DNA from: Malacoraja senta
Lineage: Eukaryota
Length of the DNA stretch: 64,000 nt
Direction: 5' to 3'
Assembly: GCA_038087875.1 (NCBI GenBank)
Contig: JAXLNO010000655.1
Location: 1-64,000 of the forward strand
In this document: positions 13,421 to 23,965 of the stretch, piece after piece
How the letters are laid out: each line of letters opens with the position of its first letter
Position numbering within the stretch: position 1 is the stretch's first letter
Position numbers and translations under genes: made by a program
The notes under the pieces: model-generated
What the model saw: only the letters and a program-made list of their open reading frames with translations
Database searches by the model: none
What the model was told of the DNA's origin: nothing

Positions 13421-13513
13421 CTGAAGAAGGGTTTCGGCCCGAAACGTTGCCTATTTCCTTCGCTCCATAGATGCTGCTGCACCCGCTGAGTTTCTCCAGC
13501 ACTTTTGTCTACC
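13421..13513 (+). mobile_element. Penelope-like (PLE) derived short repeat with minimal type I hammerhead-like core
   Basis: CTGAAGA-A-GGGT[TTCG]GCCC-GAAAC-GTT followed by the GATGCTGC...CGCTGAGTT.CTCCAGCA body seen in many copies in this window. Confidence 0.6.
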
Positions 13514-13648
13514 TATAATATAATATATGGTTTAAAGAGACTGCAACAGGGAAATAGGCTCCCGATGGTGTAATATGGGCATTGGATACTAGATGGCGCT
13601 GGTGTGCAACTTTTGGTACTGACGAGTTATGACTTCCTTCTCAATTAT

Positions 13649-14548
13649 AGTAGGTTGCACGTAAGGTCACTGGGTCATAGGGCTTGACGCACGGAGCCGT
13701 TTAATCCATCTGGAGGACATACGTAACTTCCGGTATATGTTGGTAATGCTAGAAACGCGTACTTTCCTACCTGTTAAAAACCGCCAAAATGTTGAATTTT
13801 TTCACTCTAAAAAATTGTGGACGTCGGGGTAAGTGTGAGAGACATGTACCCAACTTCAGAATTCCAAAAGTGAAGCGAAATGAAGGTAAAGAGAAGCGAG
13901 AGCTGAAGGGACAACAGCAGCTAAAGTGCTTCGCGAACATTGGCCGTGCAGATATCGGACTTGAAAATATTGGAATTTATCGCGTTTGCTCACTGCATTT
14001 CATTAACGGTAAGGCATTATTTGTTTTTTTTCTTGATTCCTTTGGTATCTAAAAAGTCTCAGAAGTGATAAATCTGGCTGTAAATTTTGCTTCAGAGGCA
14101 TTTTATTTTTGTATGTAAAAACCCACTTGAGAACCATGGGCGATTTAAAAATGATACAGCCAGATTTATCCCTTCTGAAACTTTTTATATGCCAAAGGAA
14201 TCAAGAAAAAACACAAATAATGCCTTAGTTGATGAAATGCAGTGAGCAAACGGCCAATATTCGCCAAGTACTTTGGCTGTTGTTGTCCCTTCAGCTCTCG
14301 CTTCTATCTGCCATCTTTTCTCCTCACTTTTTGAATTCTGAAGTAGGCTAAATGTCTCTCACGCTTATCCCGATTTCCATAATTATTTACAGCGCAAAAA
14401 TGGACAATTTCGGCGGGTTTTAACGGGCCCGCTACGCTGGAAACAATGGTCTGTGCTTACCTGCAGTTCATCGCGTGTAATCCATTTGGTGTAGCGTAGC
14501 AACAGTACGGGTCATGGGGTCGTGACCCGACTGCCGTGAAACCTCCCT
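13649..14548. mobile_element. Palindromic non-autonomous DNA transposon with degenerate THAP coding segment (ISL2EU/Harbinger-like)
   Basis: About 13770-14090 is repeated inverted at about 14150-14425. ORF 13789-14052 resembles a THAP domain (FRIPKV...IGRAD...RVCSLHF). Ends AT|AGTAGGTTGCACG and CGTGAAACCTCCCT|AT suggest an AT TSD. Confidence 0.65.
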
Positions 14549-14649
14549 ATACTTTATCTAAATCTGTGCAAAATTTCATGTAGTTCCGAGACATGGGTTA
14601 CGAAAGTGGATTTCTAGACACATTTTTGATGCTCGGCCACAGCCTACCA

Positions 14650-16578
14650 CTTACACCCACCCACTCAGACACACTCGCCCACACACACCCACACCCACTG
14701 ACACACCCAACACCCACTAACACACCCTCACCCACTAACACACACACCCACACCCACTGACACACCAACACACACACACCCACTGACACACCAACACACC
14801 CACTGACCCACCCACACCCACTGACACACCAACACACACACACACACTGACACACCCACACCCACTTACACACCCACACCCACTAACACACATACACACA
14901 CACATACTGATGCACCCACACCCACTAACACAACCACACCTGCTGACACACCCACTAACACACCCACACCCACTAACACCCACACCCACTAACACACCCA
15001 CACCCACTAACACACCCACACCCACTAACACACGCACACCCACTAACACACCCACACCCACTGACACACCCACTAACACACCCACACCTACTGACACACC
15101 CACACCCACTGAAACACACACACCCACTGACACACTAACACACCCACACCCACTGACACACCCACACCCACTAACACACCTACACCCACTGACACACACA
15201 CACACACACTGACACACCCACACCCACTAACACACACACACACCGACTGACCCACCCACACCCACTGACACACCCACACCCACTGACACACACACACACA
15301 CACTGACACACACACACCCACTAACACACCCACACCTACTGACACACACACACACACTGACACACCCACACCTACTGACACACCAACACACCCACACCCA
15401 CTGACACACCCACACACCCACACCCACACACACCCACTGACACACCCACACCTACCGACACACCCACACCCACTGACACACCCACACCCACTGACACACC
15501 CACACCCACTGACACACACACAGACACACCCACACCCACTAACACACCCACACCCACTAACACACCCACACCCACTGACACACCCACACCCACTGACACA
15601 CCCACCCACACACACACCCACACACCCACACCCACACACACCCACACCCACTGACACACCCACACCCACACCCACTGACACACCCACACCCAAACCCACA
15701 CACACTGACACACCCACACCCACACCCACACACACTGACACACCCACTGACACACCCACACACACACCCACACACACACCCACACACACTGACACACCCA
15801 CACACACACACCCACACCCACTAACACACACACACACACACTGACACACCCACACCCACTGACACCCACACACACACACACACTGACACACACATACCCA
15901 CTAACACACCCACACCCACTGACACACACACTAACACACCCACTGACACACCCACACACACACACACACCCACGGACACACCCACACCCACTGACACACC
16001 CACACACACCCACACCCACTGACACACCCACACACACACACACCCACACCCACCCACACCCACACACACTGACACACACACACACACACCCACACACACA
16101 CCCACACCCACTGACACACCCACACACACACCCACACCCACTGACACACACCCACACACACCCACACCCACTGACACACCCACACACACACACACCCACA
16201 CCCACCCACACACACACACACTGACACACACACACACACACCCACACACACACCCACACACACACACACTGACACACACACACACACACCCACACACACA
16301 CCCACACACACACCCACACCCACACACACACACACACACCCACACACACACCCACACACACACCCACACCCACACACACACACACACACCCACACACACA
16401 CCCACACACACACCCACACACACACACCCACACACACACCCACACCCACACACACACCCACACCCACACACACACACCCACACCCACACACACACCCACA
16501 CCCACACACACACACACACACCCACACACACACCCACACTGACTCACACACACCCACACCCACTGACACACCCACCCA

Positions 16579-16659
<81 letters not shown>

Positions 16660-16675
16660 CCACACACACACACCC
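14650..16675. repeat. About 2-kb CA-rich cryptic satellite (CACACCCACACCCACTGA-type units grading into (CA)n)
   Basis: Directly visible low-complexity tract. Confidence 0.97.
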
Positions 16676-16946
16676 AGGCCCGGGCCACTGAAACTGCCGC
16701 CGCTCCCGACTCTCACCACCTCCCCGGGCGGGGCCAGCGCAGTCACTGTCGCCGATCTTCACTGTCTTCAGAAAGCCACCGATGCTGCTACCCGTATCTC
16801 TACTCCAGCTCCCCACGGGCCTCCACCAGCGACTCCGCCGACCCTCGCCTCTCCACCGGCCACCAGCGGCCCAGAGCCGTCACCTCACCAGAGATCCCGG
16901 CGCAGCACGAGGCCTACAACCTCCACCATGCAGACAACACGTGGTC

Positions 16947-17354
16947 TGACTCTACTGGGTCCTAGTGCTCCCCTCCTACAGGGAAGACCCATCATTAGTG
17001 ATGACTCTACTGGGTCCTAGTGCTCCCCTCCTCCTACATGGAAGACCCATCAGTAGTGATGACTCTACTGGGTCCTAGTGCTCCCCTCCTCCTACAGGGA
17101 AGACCCATCATTAGTGATGACTCTACTGGGTCCTAGTGCTCCCCTCTTCCTACATGGAAGACCTATCATTAGTGATGATTCTACTGGGTCCTAGTGCTCC
17201 CCTCCTACATTGAAGACCCATCAATAGTGATGACTCTACTGGGTCCTAGTGCTTCCCTCCACATACAGGGAAGACCCATCATTAGTGATGATTCTGCTGG
17301 GTCCTAGTGCTCCCCTCCTACTACATGGAAGACCCATCATTAGTGATGGGTCTC
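16947..17354. repeat. Minisatellite, 7 copies of a 55-58-bp unit
   Basis: Unit TGACTCTACTGGGTCCTAGTGCTCCCCTCCTCCTACATGGAAGACCCATCATTAGTGA starting at 16947, 17002, 17060, 17118, 17176, 17231 and 17289. Confidence 0.95.
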
Positions 17355-17710
17355 CCCCCTTCCCCCTCTTTTAATCAGGTTACTCCAACCACACACCCGC
17401 CAGTAAAATTCCCTGCTTTATTGTGGATCACAATTTCTACGAATTACGATATATAAAACTATGTAGGCTCACACAAAATGTGAATGCTAATCTTCACAAA
17501 ATATATGCAAACATTTTCTGAGATTTCAGGACATTTCCGGCCCCCCTCCTTTGGCTCTCGTGCCCCCTTTTGGACTCTGGGCCTGGGTGCGATGTACGCC
17601 CTGCACCTCCCTCTCATAGGCCCTGCTTGTACATCAATCACGGAAAGTAAGCATGCAGGTACAGCAGGCAGTTCATGCAGGAGATGCCACTTTTAATGCT
17701 TTCCCTGACC

Positions 17711-17830
17711 CAGAGCTGCCAACTCTCACGCATTGAGCGTGAGACTCACGCAGTTCACGCAATTCTCACGCTCGCACGCTGATCACAGAATTTCTCACGC
17801 TCTGTCGTGCGAAATTCTGTGATCAACGAG
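17711..17830. mobile_element. Left terminus of a hAT-like non-autonomous DNA element
   Basis: CAGAGCTGCCAACTCTCACGCATTGAGCGTGAGA is the reverse complement of the 12505-12598 end. Repeated TCTCACG subterminal motifs. Confidence 0.65.
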
Positions 17831-18159
17831 AATTTCAAAACTAATATCAACTGCGTGTGTGCGGGTCTGTTGACATGACAGCAGCATTCTTATTCTCCGT
17901 TATTCTCACACGCCTCCAAAGCATGTCCCCATGCAAATTTACATTGAAAGACATGGATCGGGCAGTGAATGAGTGTCACCCAACGCAGCAAGTGAGGCCA
18001 TGTCCTGCTGCGTTGCGTTGCGTTTAAGGATTTGCGGGGGGCTGCAGCCCCCCCACCTTTTTGGCAAGACATGTTTCAATATCTCCGGCTTTGGACGAGG
18101 CGATGCTATGTTCTGAGCAACCTGGTCGTGGATGTGGAAGAGCCGGGGCGGAGGGTGGG

Positions 18160-18410
18160 ATGGAAGCAGAAGCAGCGGCGGGCGCAGATGCGGATGGGGA
18201 GCCGTGGCTGGCGAGTGTTTGTGAGGCTGGCGAGTCGCTTGCTGCAGCTCCGGCCATGGAGCAGCCTCAGTGCAAGAGTGCTGGGCCGTCGGAGGCGTCG
18301 GAAGCATTGCACCGCTGCCGTGAGAGTACAGTGCAGAATTCGCCTTGGTGGCCAGCATGGACCAGGCTGCAGCTCGGTGCATCCTGGAGGACAACCAGTG
18401 GCTGCTGGAA
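18160..18410 (+). pseudogene. TDP2: Isolated, frameshifted TDP2-like first coding exon (N-terminal UBA-like domain) with intron donor
   Basis: gggATGG start, then MEAEAAAGADADGEP...HRCRES. After a 1-nt frameshift it reads AEFALVASMDQAAARCILEDNQWLLE followed by GTAGGT, against recalled human TDP2 VEFASVASCDAAVAQCFLAENDWEME. Length 251 nt is 84 codons minus 1 nt. No further TDP2 exons were seen. Confidence 0.7.
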
Positions 18411-18532
18411 GTAGGTACCAGCAGTACCTGGGTAGAAGCAGTGGAAGATAGTGGACTTCAAATGGGGGTGGTTGGAGATAGCATCCTGCTTGCCTGCTAA
18501 ATTTTCCCTTACTGTAACTGCAGGAAAAATGT

Positions 18533-18768
18533 TCCCGATGTTGGGGAGTTCAGAACGAGGGGTAACAGTTTAAGAATAAGGGGTAGGCCATTTAGGACTG
18601 AGATGAGGACAAACTTTCTTCACCCAGAGAGTTGTGAATCTGCCACAGAAGGCAGTATTCTCTGCCACAGAAGGCAGTGGAGGCCAATTCACTGGATGAT
18701 TTCAAGAGAGAGTTGCATTTAGCTCTTGGGGCTAGCAAATCAAGGGGTTTGGGGAAAAACCAGGAAAA
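18533..18768 (+). mobile_element. Older CR1 3' fragment, interrupted (resumes at about 30548-30650)
   Basis: CR1 ORF2 end (TTCCCGATGTTGGGGAG...CAGAGAGTTGTGAATCTG). The 3' UTR continues after the nested insertions as AAATAGGTACTGATTTTAGATG...TTCTATGTTTCT. Confidence 0.75.
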
Positions 18769-18769
18769 A

Positions 18770-19192
18770 ACAGGAGGCCCAGGGACCGTTGCATGAGGAG
18801 GAGCGGCGTCCGGGTGGTGGGTAGATAAACAGCCCGGGGCATTACTTTCCAGAGGCCCAGGGGACCGTTGCAGGAGGAGGAGCGGCGTCCGGGTGGTGGG
18901 TAGATAAACAGCGCGGGGCTTTACTTTCCAGAGGCCCAGGGACCGTTGCAGGAGGAGGAGCGGCATCCGGGTGGTGGGTAGATAAACAGCCCTGGGCTTT
19001 ACTTTCCAGAGGCCCAGAGACCGTTGCAGGAGGAGGAGCGGCATCCGGGTGGTGGGTAGATAAACAGCGCAGGGCTTTACTTTCCAGAGGCCCAGGGACC
19101 GTAGCAGGAGGAGGAGCGGCATCCGGGTGGTGGGTAGATAAACAGCGCGGGGCTTTTCTTTCCAGAGGCCCAGGGACCGTTGCAGGAGGAGG
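18770..19192 (+). repeat. 78-bp GC-rich tandem monomers (about 5.4 copies) in the CR1 5' UTR
   Basis: Unit TTTCCAGAGGCCCAGGGACCGTTGCAGGAGGAGGAGCGGCATCCGGGTGGTGGGTAGATAAACAGCGCGGGGCTTTAC. It gives 26-aa periodicity in the spurious antisense ORFs. Confidence 0.93.
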
Positions 19193-19374
19193 AACCCAAA
19201 ACTGCAACGTTCCATTCACGTTTCATATAAGTGAGGAAGCCGCTGATTGGTGGAAGAGGACCAAGAGGAAGAGCTGATTGGTGGAAGAGGACCAAGAGGA
19301 AGCAGCTGATTGGGAGTCAGATCCCTGCTGATTTCCTCCACCAGTTTGTATTGTATTCAGGGTAAGGGGGGAGA

Positions 19375-20310
19375 ATGAGGGCCAGAGCAGTTTACTGTTC
19401 TGGATGTCAGGTGTGGGAGGTCATGGAGTCTGATACCCCTCCAGACGTCCATATCTGTGCCAGGTGCGTCGAGATGGGGTTCCTAAGGGACCGTGTTAGG
19501 AACCTGGAGCAGCAGCTCGATGACCTCTGTCTGATCAGGGAGAGTGAGGAGGTCATAGAAAGGAGTTATAGGGAGGTGGGCACTCCAAGACCACGGGAGG
19601 CAGACAAGTGGGTCACGGTTAGGAAGGGCAAGGGGCAGAGGCAGGGACTAGTGAGTACCCCGGTGGCTGTACACCTTGAAAATAAGTACTCCTGTTTGAG
19701 TACTGTTGCGGGGGACAGCCTTCCTGGGGGTAGCGACAGCGGCCGGGCCTCCGGCACAGAGACCGGCCCTATTGCTCAGAAGGGTAGGGAAAAGAAGAGG
19801 AGGGCAATAGTAATAGGGGACTCTATAGTTAGGGGGTCGGATAGGCGATTCTGTGTACGCAGTCAGGAGACCCGGATGGTAGTTTGCCTCCCTGGTGCCA
19901 GGGTCAGGGATGTGTCTGAACGTGTCCAAGATATCCTGAAATCGGAGGGAGAGGAGCCTGAGGTTGTGGTACATATAGGTACCAATGACATGGGCAGAAA
20001 AAGAGAAGAGGTCCTGAAAGGAGAATTTAGGGAGTTGGGAGGAGAGTTAAGGAGAAGGACCGCAAAGGTAACAATCTCAGGATTACTACCTGTGCCACGC
20101 GACAGTGAGAGTAGGAATGGAATGAGGTGGAGGATAAATGCGTGGCTGAGGAACTGGTGCAGCGGGCAGGGATTCCAATTTCTGGATCATTGGGACCTCT
20201 TTTGTGGAAGGTGTGACCTGTACAGAAAGGACGGGTTGCACTTGAACCCGAGGGGGACCAATATCCTGGCGGGGAGATTTGCAAAGGCTACTGGAGAGAC
20301 TTTAAACTAG
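19375..20310 (+). CDS. CR1 ORF1p: CxxC-CxxC zinc motif, coiled coil and SGNH/GDSL esterase domain
   Basis: CSGC...CARC, LRDRVRNLEQQLDDL, VIGDSIVR, HIGTND, DGLHLN. Intact 311-aa ORF. Confidence 0.9.
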   Translation: MRARAVYCSGCQVWEVMESDTPPDVHICARCVEMGFLRDRVRNLEQQLDDLCLIRESEEVIERSYREVGTPRPREADKWVTVRKGKGQRQGLVSTPVAVHLENKYSCLSTVAGDSLPGGSDSGRASGTETGPIAQKGREKKRRAIVIGDSIVRGSDRRFCVRSQETRMVVCLPGARVRDVSERVQDILKSEGEEPEVVVHIGTNDMGRKREEVLKGEFRELGGELRRRTAKVTISGLLPVPRDSESRNGMRWRINAWLRNWCSGQGFQFLDHWDLFCGRCDLYRKDGLHLNPRGTNILAGRFAKATGETLN

Positions 20311-20355
20311 AACGGTTGGGGGGAGGGACTCAAATAGGGAAAGCTAGTAGAAAAT

Positions 20356-23203
20356 GTGGGAGGCAGGAGGCAGAGAATGGGAAGCACTCGGACCCAAAAT
20401 GTAGAGGAGAAAGAAGAAAAAGATAATAAACAGAGAATAAGTGGTGGTGGGTTTCTTAAATGTGTATATTTTAATGCTAGGAGCATTGTAAGAAAGGTGG
20501 ATGAGCTTAGAGCCTGGATTGACACCTGGAAGTATGATGTTGTGGCGATCAGTGAAACATGGTTGCAGGAGGACTGTGATTGGAAACTAAATATTCCAGG
20601 ATTTCGTTGCTTCAGGGGTGATAGAATGGGAGGGGCAAGAGGTGGGGATGTTGCATTGCTTGTCAAGGAAGATATTACTGCAGTGCTTTGGCAGGGTAGA
20701 TTAGAGGGCTCATCTAGGAAGGCTATTTGGGTGGAACTGAGAAATTGGAAAGGTGTAGCAACACTTATAGGGGTGTATTATAGACCGCCAAATGGGGAGC
20801 GAGAATTGGAAGAGCAAATATGTAAGGAGATAGCAGATATTAGTAGAAAGCACAAGGTAGTGATTGTGGGAGATTTCAATTTTCCACACATAGACTGGGA
20901 AACACATTCTGTAAAAGGGCTGGATGGTTTGGAGTTTGTAAAATGTGTGCAGGATAGTTTTTTGCAGCAATACATAGAGGTACCTACTAGAGAAGGGGCA
21001 GTGCTGGACCTCCTGTTAGGAAATGAGATAGGGCAGGTGGCGGAGGTATGCGATGGGGAGCACTTCGGGTCCAGTGATCACAATACCATTAGTTTCAATA
21101 TAATTATGGAGAGGGTCAGAACTGGACCTAGGGTTGAGATTTTTGATTGGAGAAAGGCTAACTTTGAGGAGATGCGAAAGGATTTAAAAGGAGTGAATTG
21201 GGACATGTTGTTTTATGGGAAGGATGTAGAAGAGAAATGGAGGACATTTAAAGGTGAAATTTTAAGTACAGAATCTTTATGTCCCTGTTCGGTTGAAAGG
21301 AAATAGTAAAAATTGGAAAGAGCCATGGTTTTCAAGGGAAATTGGACACGGTTCGGAAAAAGAGAGAGATCTACAATAATTATAGGCAGCATGGAGTAAA
21401 TGAGGTGCTTGAGGAGTATAAAGAATGTAAAAAAGAATATTAAGAAAGAAATTAGAAAAGCTAAAAGAAGATATGAGGTTGCTTTGGCAAGTAAGGTGAA
21501 AGTAAACCCAAAGGGTTTCTACAGCTATATTAATAGCAAAAGGATAACAAGGAATAAAATTGGTCCATTAGAGAGTCAGAGTGGACAGCTATCTGCAGAG
21601 CCAAAAGAGATGGGGGAGATATTGAACAATTTCTTTTCTTCGGTATTTACCAAGGAGAAGGATATGGAATTATGTGAGGTAAGGGAAACAAGCAGAGTAG
21701 CAATGGAAACTATGAGATTCAAAGAAGAGGAGGTGCGGACACTTTTGAAAAATATGAAAACGGATAAGTCTCCAGGTCCTGACAGGATATTCCCTAGGAC
21801 ATTGAGGGATGTTAGTGTCGAAATAGCAGGGGCTATGACAGAAATATTTCAAATGTCATTAGAAACGGGAATAGTGCCGGAGGATTGGCGTACTGCGCAT
21901 GTTGTTCCATTGTTTAAAAAGGGTTCTAAGAGTAAACCTAGCAATTATAGACCTGTCAGTTTGACGTCAGTGGTGGGCAAATTAATGGAAAGGATACTTA
22001 GAGATAATATATATAAGCATCTGGATAAGCAGGGTCTGATTAGGAACAGTCAACATGGATTTGTGCCTGGAAGGTCATGTTTGCCTAATCTTCTTGAATT
22101 TTTCGAAGATGTTGCTAGGGAAATTGATGAGGGTAAAACAGTGGATGTTGTCTATATGGACTTCAGTAAGGCCTTTGACAAGGTTCCTCATGGAAGGTTG
22201 GTTAAGAAGATTCAATTGTTGGGTATTAATTGTGGAGTAGCAAGATGGATTCAACAGTGGCTGAATGGGAGATGCCAGAGAGTAATGGTGGATGGCTGTT
22301 TGTCAGGTTGGAGGCCGGTGACTAGTGGGGTGCCTCAGGGGTCTGTGTTGGGTCCACTGTTGTTTGTCATGTACATCAATGATCTGGATGATTGTGTGGA
22401 AAATTGGATTAGTAAGTATGCAGATGATACTAAGATAGGTGGTGTTGTGGATAATGAAGTAGATTTTCAAAGTCTACAGAGAGATTTAGGCCATTTGGAA
22501 GAGTGGGCTGAAAGATGGCAGTTGGAGTTTAATGCTGATAAATGTGAGGTGCTACATCTCGGCAGGACAAATCAAAATAGGACGTACATGGTAAATGGTA
22601 GCGAATTGAGGAATGCAGTTGAACAGAGGGATCTAGGAATAACTGTGCATAGTTCCCTGAAGGTGGAATCTCATGTAGACAGGGTGGTAAAGAAAGCTTT
22701 TGGTGTGCTGGCCTTTATATATCAGAGCATTGAATATAGAAGTTGGGATGTAATGTTAAAATTGTACAAGGCATTGGTGAGGCCAATTCTGGAGTATGGA
22801 GTACAATTTTGGTCGCCTAATTATAGGAAGGATGTCAACAAATTAGAGAGAGTACAGAGGAGATTTACTAGAATGTTGCCTGGGTTTCAGCAACTAAGTT
22901 ACAGAGAAAGGTTGAACAAGTTAGGTCTTTATTCTTTGGAGCGCAGAAGGTTAAGGGGGGGACTTGATAGAAGTCTTTAAAATTATGAGCGGGTTAGACA
23001 GAGTGGACGTGGATAAGCTTTTCCTATTGAGAGTAGGGAAGATTCAAACAAGGGGACATGACTTGAGAATTAAGGGACAGAAGTTTAGGGGTAACATTAG
23101 GGGGGACATCTTTACTCAGAGAGTGGTAGCTGTGTGGAATGAGCTTCCAGTGGAAGTGGTGGAGGCAGGTTCGATTTTATCCTTTAAAAATAGATTGGAT
23201 GGG
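20356..23203 (+). pseudogene. CR1 ORF2 (APE endonuclease plus reverse transcriptase), broken by several frameshifts
   Basis: EN motifs FNARS, SETWL, YRPP, GDFN, SDH. RT motifs [30 protein letters not shown]. Split into ORFs 20356-21306, 21400-22980 and 22964-23209. Confidence 0.92.
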
Positions 23204-23792
23204 TGTTAGGCGCTTCCCCCCCCCTGGTGAATGCTATGTACTGACCTTTCTCTGTTTATTTCCCGAGTACAGGCCTTGTGGATGTGAGTCGGGAATCAAA
23301 GGGTTAAAATGCTCCTGTACCCGATTGTCCAAGCTGCGTCAGGTGACGGGTGACTCATCTGAAGCTTAAATACCAGAGTCTACCCAGGATTCTCTCTCTT
23401 CGTCGTCGACCCTGACTGCAAGCTGACTGCTGGAGTGAGCTGCAGAAGGCCTGGCCACATGGCATAGAACTTTGTGTACTTTCACGATTACTGATTAACA
23501 AATGTTGCATTGGGACGGATAAGGGCTGACCTTAGAGTTTTCGGTATTTTGTTTCAGGGTTATATATATCTTTAGGCAGGTTAGAGACTCCGGTTCGACG
23601 GTCCATCACGTGGCTGGCTGGAGCACGGTTAAATTGTTTGTTAGTCCATCCCTATCCCTGACTGGGTTGTTTGAATCAGGTTTGGGTTTTTTGTGACCCA
23701 TTGAAATAATTAAAAACTATTTTTGAACTTAAACCTGGTTTTTGAACTTATGTTACGTGGCTCTGAAGTACCTGCATTCGGGAGTCGTAACA
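23204..23792 (+). repeat. 5' LTR (589 bp); further copies at 29805-30392, 35580-36167 and 39627-40214
   Basis: TG...CA termini with short TGTTA/TAACA inverted ends. Only a handful of substitutions between copies. Confidence 0.95.
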
Positions 23793-23795
23793 AAA

Positions 23796-23808
23796 TGGGG
23801 GCTCGTCC
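23796..23808 (+). promoter_or_regulatory. Primer-binding site complementary to the tRNA-Pro 3' end
   Basis: TGGGGGCTCGTCC 3 nt after the 5' LTR matches the first 13 nt of the classical tRNA-Pro PBS (TGGGGGCTCGTCCGGGAT). Confidence 0.85.
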
Positions 23809-23965
23809 TAAGTTTTGAGGACCCTAGACGTTTTTGGGGGGGGGCGGGGGGTTTGGTAGGCTTCTGGTGACTAAGGAAGTCTGTGTTGTGAGGGAAATTT
23901 TTCTTCCCTGTTTGTGATAGCATTGGTGCCCAGGGTTTAGCTGGTGGTTTGGAGCTACATTTGAA

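Noticed and set aside
14598..16816. Long Cys/Val/Gly-rich ORFs (up to 438 aa)
   Set aside because: Translation artefacts of the stop-poor CA/TG satellite; open in all frames.
16676..16945. GC-rich Pro/Thr-rich open stretch next to the CA satellite
   Set aside because: No recognisable domain, start or splice signals; it cannot be supported as coding.
16947..17354. CRISPR-like array or C/D snoRNA cluster (GTGATGA in each unit)
   Set aside because: No unique spacers, no cas genes, eukaryotic context, and no D box (CTGA) downstream within the units.
18592..19219. Repetitive 207-aa and 125-aa minus-strand ORFs
   Set aside because: Products of the 78-bp CR1 5' UTR monomers, whose length is divisible by 3.
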